DNA of 64,000 nt from an uncultured Chloroflexia bacterium (GTDB lineage: Bacteria > Chloroflexota > Limnocylindria > Limnocylindrales > CSP1-4). The translations under genes and the position numbers were made by a program. Within the stretch, counting starts at the first letter, position 1. Each line of letters opens with the position of its first letter. This document shows, one piece after another, positions 24,290 through 34,848 of this stretch. The stretch spans positions 320,001-384,000 of the forward strand of contig CAWEZH010000003.1 of assembly GCA_963813535.1 (NCBI GenBank), given 5' to 3'. Under the pieces are notes generated by a model, which made no database searches, was not told the origin of the DNA, and was given only the letters and a program-made list of their open reading frames with translations.

Positions 24290-25330
24290 ATCGGCCGCTG
24301 ATATCGGTTTGTGCCGGGGGGCGACCGGGCCGGTCCCCTAAGGGAGTTGTTGGAGTCGGCCGCGAGCCAAACCGAATCGGACTACGAGATCCTCATTCGC
24401 GAGGATTCGTCTCCTGAACGCCTTACGATCCGCTCAACCGTCGACGATTTCATGCGTTTGAACCCAGATCTGACCGTTCGGTATTCGTGGAGAACGACAC
24501 GAACCTTGGCTACGACGCCAACTTGCGCGCCCTCGTCGACTCGGCCAGAGGGTCCTACTGCTTGTTCATGGGCAACGACGATCTGCTCGCTCCAGACTCG
24601 TTGACCGTCCTAGCGGCCGCGCTAAGAGCCCGCCCGGAGACACAGGTTGTGCTTCGGACCTATGCCACGTTCGACACGGATGGTCGGCAAGTCGTGCATA
24701 GGTACTTCGCCGACACCCGCTACTTTCCGCCTGGAGCAGCATCGGTAGTGACCTTCTTCCGCCGATCAGTCGTGATTTCAGGGCTCTGCGTTCATCGGGA
24801 TAACTCCGCCGCGGTCGCCACGAATCGCTTCGATGGCACGTTGCTTTATCAGCTCTATCTCTCTGGGATGCTTCTTTCACGTGGGCCGGGCCTATCGCTC
24901 CCCGACGTCTTGGCTCTGTAGAGCCAAGGCGGAAAGTGGCCACCTTGATTTTGGAGTCAGCTCATTTGAGCAGGCTTACACGCCAGGCGGAGGTCACTCC
25001 GAGCTCGTCCTTGTCGTTCGTCAAAGGAATGTTGGCCATCACGAAGGAACTCGAACGGCAAACACGACTCAAAGTCTTCCAGCCGATCGTGCATGACCTT
25101 GCCAACTACTCCTACCCCCTTCTCAGAGAGCACGCAGCTCGGCCGGTGCGAGAGTACGGCCCCCTTGTGCGAGGGCTCGTACGACTTGGTCTCGGAGGAG
25201 TCCCCTCTTTTGGTCCTTGTCCTGCTGGTTGGGGCCCTCGGGCCGAGCCGGTCCGATAGGGTGATAGAGAGGATCCGAGTGATGACGAAGGCTACCCCGC
25301 GGCTGGTAGCTTTTCTGGTGGCGGCGCAAA
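24290..25330 (+). CDS. Glycosyltransferase family 2, multiply frameshifted; ends approximate
   Basis: Fragments LISVC, YEILIREDSSP, NLGYDANLR, GSYCLFMGNDD and VISGL. Confidence 0.7.
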
Positions 25331-25462
25331 TGCCGAGATCACGAACTCGCAACTGGCGAATGCCTAGGACGACGACGCCTGAGTCCCCAAACCACGGCGA
25401 GGACCCCGCTGTAACCGTTGCCCAAGAGTGGGTCTTCGTAAGTCGAGATTGCACGGTCGCCA

Positions 25463-27093
25463 TCACCCGCCGCCCATCCTGGTGCCACGGGCTTCGTTGT
25501 GAAGATAGACCGGCCAACCGTCGACGATTTCGGCTAGGTGGTACTGCTGACGTACAAACGCTCGAAGCGGCTCCAAGATATCCAGCTCCCTCCCGTCGAG
25601 AGGCACGACAAGCCGCGGAATCAGCAGTGGCATCCAGCCGGGTTCCCCAGGCTCCACTGATCCGGCGTCGATGATCGCTGTCGGTGCGGGTGCGAGGAAT
25701 ACGAAATGGACGACCAGATCCCCCACCTGCTGCTCAGTCGAGTATCCGGGCGTCGTAAGTGGAAGCGTGGAAGAAATTAATTCGAGGCGGATCGACGATC
25801 CGCAGCGTCGTAAACGTACGGCTGGTTTCCCCACGCAAAGATGGTCGCGTCTGCCGTCGTGTTGGCCCTAACCCAGGCGGCGACAGTGCTGACCTGATCG
25901 CCGTCAGAAGGCTGTTCTCGAAATAGCGCTGCGTTACGACCGACCCGACGACAGTACTGATTAACAGGCCCACGCCTACCACCAGGAGAGCCATTCGGCG
26001 GCGCCTAAAGCCTGTCCGTTGGAATGCTTCGTTGAAGGTTGGCGCGGCAAGCATTGTCAATGGAGGCACTGCGAGCAGGAAGTAATGCGGTGCGATCCGA
26101 CCTTGGGCGGCCGTCAGCAATACAAATGCGCCCAACCATATCCACGCTGCCACCTTGACTCAAGACCCGAGCGCGGCCTCGGCGCGGCGCGTGAATTGCG
26201 AAAAGGCGGCAGGCACAATCAGACAGGCCAAGCATCCGAGCGACAACGCCGTTGGCTAATCAGCCTAAGGCTGATGCTCTGGCGGTTGATCTGAACGTAG
26301 ATGCCGTTATATCTGACGACCGCGTCTACGGCGGAGGGAAACGCTCCGACGATCCACAGCCAAGCAAGCGTCGTCCCGCCGACGATGGCTGACCCAGCAG
26401 GAAGGCACCTGCGGCGCGGATGCGCTTGGTTGAGGAGCGACCTTCAATCGCAAGGTATAGGACCGCGAGCCCCGCCGATGCGGCCTGCGGGTTCACGATG
26501 CAAGCCCATCCTAATGGACCGGCGAGCAGGACGAGGCCGAGACTCGCGCCTCGCCCGACGGCCAGAAAAGCTCCATCACGGCCAACGAAAGAGCGGGAAC
26601 TTCCGCAAGCCCGCCGCCGACCGCCACTGGATAGACCGTTAGGCCCACAGCCGCCGCGCAAAGCGTCAAGCCTATGCGTCCGACGCCGTCGGCACGCAGC
26701 ACTAGTGCAAGAGACAAAAGGGTGGCGAAGGTGCATACCACGGATGCAATCCATGCGCCAATACAAGGAGAAAAGAAGGGCAGCACGGCTTGACTGAAGC
26801 CGTCAAGGAGGAAAATGCCTGGAGGCTTGTGGTCCCACGAATCGACGTAAGAGATCCCACCGGCGCGGAGCGCAGCGCCGACCTCGGAAAATACCGCTTA
26901 AATCAAGGTATGGCCCAGCTACATCGACAGCTCCCGGGAACAGCAGCCCGACGGCGACAATGAAGGAGGGCAGGATGTCCCGCGCTGCAATCGCTCGCGC
27001 CGGTGAAGGCAGTGCTGTCACGTGTGGCATCGGCGGCATCCCGGAAACGGCGCGTCTGTGCGACCCATCTGTTTCGAGCGGCCACTTCATCAT
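25463..27093 (-). CDS. Polytopic membrane protein, GT-C (ArnT/PMT-like) glycosyltransferase candidate, heavily frameshifted
   Basis: Hydrophobic fragments VAVGGGLAEVPAL and QGRIAPHYFLLAVPPL, plus a soluble C-terminus AIIDAGSVEPGEPG...LRAFVRQQY; family assignment is tentative. Confidence 0.5.
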
Positions 27094-27242
27094 GTCCCGC
27101 CACTCTTGACCGTTGACCGCATGGCACCGGGACGACCTGTTCAGGTTGAAATCAGCGCGCTGTATGGGCGCGTGGCGGATGTCGATCGCGCACCGCTGTA
27201 TCGACATCGTTCTGAGTTGCGCCCCAGCTCAGCCGTGGGGCG

Positions 27243-28659
27243 CTAACTTCCCGGTCGGGCGAACACAGCCGGAATGGTCCGTGCCAGGATCTTGAGATCG
27301 AGAGCGAGCGACCAGCGGTCGATGTAGTCGAGGTCGAGCGTGACCCGATCGTCGAAGTGCTCGTCCGACTCTGGACTCGACCTGCCAGAGGCCGCTGATA
27401 CCCGGCTTCATCGATAGGCGCGGCGGTGCCAGATGTCGTAGCCGTCAACCTCACGCGGCGGGGCCGGGCGCGGCCCAACCAAGCTCATCTCGCCTTGAAG
27501 AACATTGATCAGCTGCGGAAGCTCGTCGATGCTGGCCTTCCGAAGGAGCCGACCCAAGCGGGTCACCCTCGGGTCATTGCGTCATCTTGAAAGCCGCGCC
27601 TTTTGTATCGGAGAGGGCAGCGAGCTCGGGATAGCGTTCCTCCGCGTCGGGATCATCGTCCTGAATTTGACGATCGTGAATGGTCGTCCGTGGAGTCCGA
27701 CGCGGGTCTGACGGAACAAGGACTGGGGAGCCGTCCGTCACCCGGATCGCGACTGCCGCCGCCAGAAGCACCGGGCTAAGGAGCAGCAGGCCCGACGATC
27801 GCCCCGACGATATCGATCCACCGCTTGATCACCAAACCCAGAGCGCGCTGGTCATCGCGAAAGACGGACCGAACCAAGAAACCCTCGAACTCCTCTTGAT
27901 GCGTGCTCGGGATGCAGCTCCTCGATCGGGTCAAGGGAATCCGGACCGTCTTGCCTTCATCCGCTGCAAGTCGACTGATCGGCTCCAGGTGATGCGACGA
28001 CGTGGCCGGCAAGCAAACTGCAACTTCATCGATGACGTGCAGCCGAAAGATGGCGTTGATCATCCCCAGGCTGCCAAGGACCGGGCGAGAGACCAGCAAA
28101 TCCGATTCGCCCGGGATAGACACATGCCCGACCACGCGGAATCCCCAGTGCAGGACGGCTCTCGACGCGGTCCGCAAAGCTCTGGGCCAGAGGGGCCCGT
28201 CCCGACAACGAGCATGAACCGCGTGTTGTAGCCGCGCCGGCGAAGGACGCCGAAACACGTAACGAAGGACGGCCCTACCCGGTCAGCGTGACCAGCGGCT
28301 GCACCACGAACAGAAGGACCAGGAACAACCGACTGACATTGTCCAGATGGAAGATGAACAGCGTCGACAAAGTCGATTGCCAGGACCAGGAGTGTGGCTC
28401 GTAGCGATGTCCTTGGCTTCTGTCGCAAAGCGCCAACGGACACGCAATCGGTAAAGACCGAGCGAAACCCAGAGCAGGACCCAGCCCGCAGAGAACAGGG
28501 CAGCGGCCACCAGAGGTCGATACCCATCTGGCGCCACAGTCGTTCGCTGTCGCCGTCGCCAAATCGGACAAGCGATACCAGGACGAAGACCAACGCGGCC
28601 GTGAGCGCGTCGACGACCATGAGTGCTACGCGCAGCATCATCAGGTGCCGTCTGATCAT
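27243..28659 (-). CDS. Priming polyprenyl glycosylphosphotransferase (WcaJ/CpsE-like sugar transferase), frameshifted
   Basis: [18 protein letters not shown]..., [26 protein letters not shown], the [20 protein letters not shown] region and [11 protein letters not shown]. Confidence 0.85.
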
Positions 28660-28798
28660 TCGATCGCAGTCCCCCCTCCCGAGGACCATCGATGGTACCC
28701 CAGAAGTACTAGCTGTCGGTTGCGCTCCGCTCGGCGGCCCATGGTGGAGGCCGCTCCGGTGGCGTGTCGCCGCACGCGCCGATCCAGTCGCCAGCCGG

Positions 28799-29777
28799 CT
28801 AACGACAGGTTCCGAGGCGTATGAGGTAGACCTGCTCCTCGATCCACTGGTAGGTCGAGCGAAGGCCGACTCCTCCAGATCAATCCTGGGCTCCCAGCCA
28901 AGGACTTCTCGAAGCCGTGTGTTGTCCGAGTTGCGGCCGCGAACGCCTTGCGGCCCGTCGACGTGATGTAAGCGCAGATCCCATCCTTGCCCGAGATTCC
29001 GATGATCATCGCGCAAGCTGGTTGATGCTGACCATGCGATCAGTCCCAGAGGTTGAGCGGGTCGCGATGATCCGACATCATCAGCCGGTAGATGCCTTCA
29101 ACGCAGTCGTCGACGTGGCAGAACGAGCGGGTCTGCTCCCCATCACCCCAAACGTCGATCGCACCCCCGGGCTCGTCCAATGCGACCTTCCGGCACAGGG
29201 CGGCTGGCACCTTCTCGCGACCCCCGTCGTAGGTACCGTATGGACCATAGACGTTGTGGAAGCGCGCGATGCGAGTCTCGATCGGGTACTCGTCGGCGTA
29301 GTAGCGACACAGGATCTCCGTCATGAGCTTCTCCCAACCGTAGGCGTCCTGCGGCTGAGCCGGGTATGCATCCTCCTCGCGGAGAGGGCGCACATCCGCA
29401 TCCGTTTGCAGGTACTCGGGATAAACACATGCCGAGGAGCTATATAGGTACCGCTTGACGCCGTTCCGGCGGGCTGCCTCGATCGTGTGCAGGTTGATCA
29501 GGGCATTGTTGTGCAGGATCGTGGCGTGGTTGGCGGAGATGAAGCCCATGCCTCCCATGTCCGCTGCCAGTGCATACACATGGTCGACGTCGCGTGTCGC
29601 GGCGCTGCGCTTCACCTTCGATCCGCAGGTCGCGGATCTCGAACGAGTCGGCGTCGATCGGGTGTACTCAGGCTCCTTGAGGTCGACCCCGCGCACCCAA
29701 TATCCCCGCGCTTTCAGGTACGTCACAAGATGATGACCGATGAAGCCTCCAGCTCCCGTCACCAAGACTCGTTCCAT
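28799..29777 (-). CDS. GDP-mannose 3,5-epimerase-like NAD-dependent epimerase, frameshifted
   Basis: VLVTGAGGFIGHH, LAADMGGMGFI, YSSSACVYPE, PQDAYGWEKL, GGREKVPAALCRK and GPQGVRGRNSDNT. Confidence 0.88.
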
Positions 29778-29880
29778 CTCGCTTCCCCCGCGATCGTATG
29801 CAGGTCTTCCTGACACAGTGCCGGCCTAGAGATGGCAGGCCGCGAGAGTGGGTTCGAGTGGTCACTCATGGATCGTCGAG

Positions 29881-31489
29881 CTACGCAGGCGGCTGCGCCG
29901 GCGTCGGTTGTGAGCTCGCGGCTCCGCCGATCTCTGTGCCTGGGCCTCCATACGCACCGTAGTAGTCGTAGGTATACGCGGCCGCCGCATCGACGCGGTT
30001 CAACACCACCCCCAGAACGCGGGCACTTGCCCTCGCGAGAGCGTCCTGAGCGCTCAGGACGGTGCCTCGATGCGTGCGGCCGGCGTCCACGACGAATAGC
30101 GTCCCGTCGACCATCGAGGACAGGATCGCCGCGTCTGTCACGGCCTGGACGGGTGGGCTGTCCAGGACGACGTAGTCCGCAGCGTTCGCTAGCTCCCGGA
30201 GTACTGCTTTCATCCGTTTCGATCGGAGGAGCTCCGCCGGGTTTGGCGGGAGGGGTCCGGTCGTGATGACCATCAGCTTGTCCTGCTCTGTCGGCTGCAT
30301 CGCTCTTCGATAGCGGCTCGGTCCCGTCGAAGCAGGTTCGACAATCCGGTCGAGTTCGAAAGGTTGAACAGCTTGTGGACGCCAGGCTTACGAAAGTCGG
30401 CGTCCAAGAGGATGGTCCGGTGCCCCGCCTGCGCCATCGCGACGGCAAGGTTGGCGGCGGTCGTCGTCTTGCCTTCGCCTGGGATGGAACTCGTAACCAG
30501 CAACGTCTTCATGGGCGCGTCAACGCTCGCGAACTCTGTATTCGTTCGAAGCGATCGATAAGCTTCTGCTGCCGGGGAGCGCGGATACAGCAGCGTCGCG
30601 AGCCGGTAGATCTCGCTGCGGTCACTTCCGCCCTTCATCCGCGTAATGGCCCCGAGGGTCGGCAGCCCCAGGATGGCCTCGACATCGTCGGCGGACTTCA
30701 GGCGGTCGTCGAGGTACTCGAGTAGGAAGGCCAGAGCGAGCGCCAGCGCCAGGCCCACGATGGCTGCGATCAGCGTGTTGAGCAGGACTCGTGGCGAAGA
30801 TGGCTGGGGCGGGGGCGTTGCCGGGTCGACGACCGTCAGCAGGTTTGCCCCGCTGGTCGACGAGAAATCCAGAATCGTCGCGTAGGTCTGTTCGAGAGTC
30901 ACGACACGAGCCTGGAGAACCTCGAGCCGCTGGTCTTCCGCGGTGGACCGCGAGGACACGTTCGTCAGCCGCTGGATCTCATCCTGGGTATCGCGAATCT
31001 GCGTTTGGATCGACTCGAGGCTCCTCGTCGATGAAGTGCTGGACATCGCTGTCGACACCGGAGATCGCTGGTGAGATCGCTAGCAATTCCTCGGCGAGAG
31101 CATTCGCTAGTGCGGCGGCGCGGCGCGGGTCAGCGTCCTCGACAGTAAGGTGGACGAGAATGGATTCTCGTGGCGCCTCGGCGCGGACTCGGTTTGCGAA
31201 TTCCTCAGGCGTTGGTCTGAAGCCCGTTGTTCGCGATAACGCCTGGAGCTGGGGGCCTGCGACCGCGAGATCCGCGTATGTCTGTGACAGCCGCTGGCTC
31301 GCGAGCAATTGATTGATGTCTGGATTGATCGCTTGAACGCTCTGACCGACCAGGAGAGTCGTTCGAGCTTCGTAGACCTTTGGGAGTGATGGAGATCAGG
31401 AATGCGGCTGCCGCCCCGGTGATCAGTGCGCTAGCAAGCAGTAGCCACCATCGAGAGCGGAGGACGCTTAGCTGCTGTCTGAGTTCCAT
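29881..31489 (-). CDS. Polysaccharide co-polymerase/tyrosine autokinase (Wzc, CpsCD fusion), frameshifted
   Basis: N-terminal Wzz-like part (MELRQQLSVLRSRWWLL); AEAYRSLRTN, TSSIPGEGKTTTAANLA, LDADFRKP, VVLDSPP; Tyr cluster YTYDYYGAY. Confidence 0.9.
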
Positions 31490-31540
31490 GGTGGGTCGGC
31501 AGTATAGGTCGGTCTGGAAGGGTGGAGTCCAGAGTGCGTC

Positions 31541-33490
31541 CTACTCGAAGAGGATGTCGAGCTGGATATCTCGATCGAAGGTGGTCGAGAAGGTTGCAGT
31601 GTTCCCACGACTGGTCACGCCCTCGCTTGCCGAGATGATCCGCCCGCCCGTCGGCAGTCGGACGATCACCGAGAGTGGGCCGGGTAGCAATCCTGGCTGT
31701 TTCTGGATCGTGAGTCTGTAGCGGCGTCCGCTCCCCACGGTCTCGACGACATATGGGCTCGTCCAGATGTACCGAAGACCGCCCTCTCCCGGCGGGATCA
31801 TCAGATAGGTGCCGATCACGGCGCGCCCGGCTTCCTCGTCGACGATGGCCGGGCCGGTGAGCTCGTCCAGGGTCCCTCCCGAGACTTCCTCGACGCGGCT
31901 TCGTTCGGGAACCAGCAGCCGGAAGTACGTCCCGAGGATCCGCAGATCCTCGAGGGTGGGCAACTCGCGGATCGGCGCCCCTGCAGGCGTGTCGATCGGG
32001 TTGTCCCAGCTCACCTCGAGCGTATTCAGCGCGTTGCCGACGTCGTCGAGACTGACGTCGAGGCGCAGGCTGCGCGTGGCGATCGCGTTGATCTTCGAGG
32101 CCGGCGTCACGTTGGCGTCGACCGGATAGAGGAAGTCGCCAGGGTCCTGACGGACGGCGCCGTCGAACCCGGTGGCCGCGGCCATCGCCTGGTCGTCCTG
32201 ATCCTTGAACCACGCAAGGAGCAGCCGCTGGGAACGAAAGCGGTCGACGTGGCCGACCATCTCGGTCCACTTGTTCGGTGGCAACGCGATAAGGCGGGCA
32301 AAGAGCTCATCAGCGAACGCCGACAGAAACGCCTTCCGATCCTCACCAGGTTCCGCGACGCGAGTCAGTTGGAGGGTCTTCAGGGTCGTTTCACCGCTGC
32401 TGATCGTTGCGTCGTATCCCGGGACGGCGACGGGGCCTGTGACCTGGAGAAGCTCGTCGATCGTGTGTGTCGTGATCCCAAGGACGCCGTCGATGTCCGC
32501 GTCTTGCGATTCGCTGGCATAGAGCTTCGCGGCGACCTGGGCGCTCGTCGGGAAGTCGGGCGACCAGTTCGCGTCTGACAACTGCCATCCCTGTCCGGAG
32601 CCCAGCACGTAGTCCTCGAGGTCCTCTGGGGGAGCGATGAACGGGTTGTCTGGCCCATCCAGCAGGAAGACGTCGCGGAACGTGTGCTCGACCACATGCG
32701 CGCGATCGAAGACGACGATGCCGTAACTCCCGATGTACCCGCCCGTCGGTCGGAGCTCGGCCGGGTTCTGCGTAAGGACCAGGTACCGGCGCGGCGCGTC
32801 CCAGCCGAGCATCGCAGGCAAGCGGGCGCTCACCTCGACGTACGCGTCCAGGAGCGGCAGGTAGGTATGGATCTTGTCCGCCATCGTCGAGCGAGCGGCC
32901 TCGATCGGGGCGGCCAGCCCCTTGGGCACCCTGTCCAGTGAAGCGGCTGCGCTCGTCACCGACTGCTGGGCATCGACGGCTGCCGAACGGGTCGTCGCCA
33001 TCAGCTCGACCATGCTCGCAAGCGTGGAATCGCCTGAAGGCGTCGAGGTTGCGCGTTCCTTGAGCTCGACGAAACGTCGGCCGATCAGCAACCCGTGGTC
33101 AGCCGCGTCCAGGAGTCGCCGTGCCGCCTCGAGGATGGCGTCGGCGCCGCGGACGTCAGCGGCGCTCAGCGGCAATGCGCGGGCTAGCCCGATGAGCGGA
33201 TCCGACTCAAGGAGAGTCCCGAGCTGGTCCACTTTGCCGCGGGTCGCGGCGATGCCCTGCTCGACCTCGTCGAGTCCCTGGCGATCGATCTCCATGCCGG
33301 CGCTCTCGACTCGGCTGGCCAGCGACACCACGTCGGCCTGGAGTGACCGCGCTTCGTCCAGTGCCGGCAGGTATCGGTCGAAGGCGAGCCAGCCCAAGCC
33401 GGCTGCCAGGACAACGACGAGGCCTCCTGCCCATAGCGCCCGCCATCGTCTGCGCCTGGTGCGACGGCGACGACGCCTCGTATCCGTCAC
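31541..33490 (-). CDS. DUF4012 domain membrane-anchored protein
   Basis: GTG at 33490 overlaps the sortase stop; Arg-rich N-tail and TM; RRYLVLTQNPAELRPTGGYIGSYG, DANWSPDFPTSA, IDGVLGI and YRLTIQKQPG. Confidence 0.85.
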   Translation of the reverse strand: MTDTRRRRRRTRRRRWRALWAGGLVVVLAAGLGWLAFDRYLPALDEARSLQADVVSLASRVESAGMEIDRQGLDEVEQGIAATRGKVDQLGTLLESDPLIGLARALPLSAADVRGADAILEAARRLLDAADHGLLIGRRFVELKERATSTPSGDSTLASMVELMATTRSAAVDAQQSVTSAAASLDRVPKGLAAPIEAARSTMADKIHTYLPLLDAYVEVSARLPAMLGWDAPRRYLVLTQNPAELRPTGGYIGSYGIVVFDRAHVVEHTFRDVFLLDGPDNPFIAPPEDLEDYVLGSGQGWQLSDANWSPDFPTSAQVAAKLYASESQDADIDGVLGITTHTIDELLQVTGPVAVPGYDATISSGETTLKTLQLTRVAEPGEDRKAFLSAFADELFARLIALPPNKWTEMVGHVDRFRSQRLLLAWFKDQDDQAMAAATGFDGAVRQDPGDFLYPVDANVTPASKINAIATRSLRLDVSLDDVGNALNTLEVSWDNPIDTPAGAPIRELPTLEDLRILGTYFRLLVPERSRVEEVSGGTLDELTGPAIVDEEAGRAVIGTYLMIPPGEGGLRYIWTSPYVVETVGSGRRYRLTIQKQPGLLPGPLSVIVRLPTGGRIISASEGVTSRGNTATFSTTFDRDIQLDILFE

Positions 33491-34056
33491 GGGGCCGGGT
33501 AGGCGATGACGATGAACCGCGGATCCGTAGCGTCCTCTGACGTCGATGTCTGCAGCGTCAGCTGCTCGGTCGGTGTCGGGTGCGTGTACTCGAGCGCGCT
33601 CCAAGGCGCATCGGGGACGATCCTGGCGACGTCATAGGCGTGGGCAGATCCGTTGGCCATGACGATCACGACACGATCGCCCGGTCGTGCCTCCTTCAAG
33701 CGGAGGAACAAGCCTTCTCGGGCATGACCGTAGACGTAGATGTTGGTGCCGTCTCCCGGCCAACCTGAGCCTGGAAAGTGCGCCGCGGTATCCAGCGGTG
33801 CGTCGATCCCGTCGCCCTCGATGATCGGCAGGTCGATCCCGAGTCGTTCATATCGGATCCGGTCGACGGGGACCGGTGACGCGGCCATGCCCGCCGAACC
33901 ATCAGTCGAGGATCCGGGGGCAGAGCCAGAAACAGCCTGGCCGTCTGTCGAAAGCCGCGGGCCTCCGCTCAGCCCGACCGCCACGACGGTTCCAACCAGG
34001 ATCAGCAGCCCGACTAGGGCAACGGACATGAGCAGACGGTGCTGGTGGATCCTCAT
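33487..34056 (-). CDS. Sortase-fold protein with TLQTS in place of TLxTC
   Basis: N-terminal TM; LGIDLPIIEG, AAHFPGSGWPG, NIYVYGH, FLRLKEARPGD, LTLQTS and PRFIVIA. Confidence 0.85.
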   Translation of the reverse strand: MRIHQHRLLMSVALVGLLILVGTVVAVGLSGGPRLSTDGQAVSGSAPGSSTDGSAGMAASPVPVDRIRYERLGIDLPIIEGDGIDAPLDTAAHFPGSGWPGDGTNIYVYGHAREGLFLRLKEARPGDRVVIVMANGSAHAYDVARIVPDAPWSALEYTHPTPTEQLTLQTSTSEDATDPRFIVIAYPAP

Positions 34057-34102
34057 CGACTAGACGTGGTCAACGGGAGGCGCGGCCGTACCCGTTGGCG
34101 GC

Positions 34103-34732
34103 TCAGTGGCGGCGCAGTCGATCCGGCCGGATGAGCAGGCCGATTCCGAGAAGGAGTGCGAGGACCGCGAGGAGCGTCGGTGCCGTGCTAGGGGAGGTCG
34201 AGGTCCTTGGCAACTCACCGATCGCCCGGACCGGGGTGCCCTGCGTCTTTGACGACGATCCGGTGGTCAGGCTGCCGGTGTTCGATCCAGAGCCGACACT
34301 CTGCACGCCCGACCGACCGTACCGATCATCGTCATCGTCGTCGTCGTCCTTGACCTTGACCCTCAGGCTCAGCTTTCCGCTGACATCGTTCCATCTGGCC
34401 TTGATGACCCGCTTGCCCGGCTTGCAACCGAACTCGATGGTCGTCGTTGCCACACCGCTTGCATTGGTCGTTGACTGCTCGGGGCTGATGTCATCCCCCG
34501 CCTTCGACTTCTTGAACGACCAATGGACGACGGCCCCTACCACCGGGGTCCCGTTGGCATTTCGAACGGTGGCGCTGAACGTGAACGACTGGTCGCACTC
34601 CACGGGTCCCCGCGGGCCGCTGATAGCGAGCGACGCGCGCTGCGGGCTCGTCGCGGATGTCGTTCCGACGGCGACCATCGCGACGAAGATGCCGATGAGG
34701 CACCCGAGCAACCAGACTCTGCTTCGGATCAT
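34103..34732 (-). CDS. Secreted Ig-like (Big_1-like) protein with C-terminal sorting signal LPRTS-TM-basic tail
   Basis: Start MIRSRVWLLG at 34732; ATVRNANGTPVVGAVVHW...STTNASGVATT; Asp7 and Ser/Thr/Gly linker; ELPRTS, hydrophobic helix, RPDRLRRH. Confidence 0.75.
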   Translation of the reverse strand: MIRSRVWLLGCLIGIFVAMVAVGTTSATSPQRASLAISGPRGPVECDQSFTFSATVRNANGTPVVGAVVHWSFKKSKAGDDISPEQSTTNASGVATTTIEFGCKPGKRVIKARWNDVSGKLSLRVKVKDDDDDDDDRYGRSGVQSVGSGSNTGSLTTGSSSKTQGTPVRAIGELPRTSTSPSTAPTLLAVLALLLGIGLLIRPDRLRRH

Positions 34733-34848
34733 CCGTCCCCCGTTCGGTCCCGCCTGCATCGCAGGAGGTGCCGACATTCGTGGCAGGTTGACCATACACC
34801 TGCCCACAAGACCCCACAGGCCTGTTCTCGCGGCGGACGGTGCGAACG

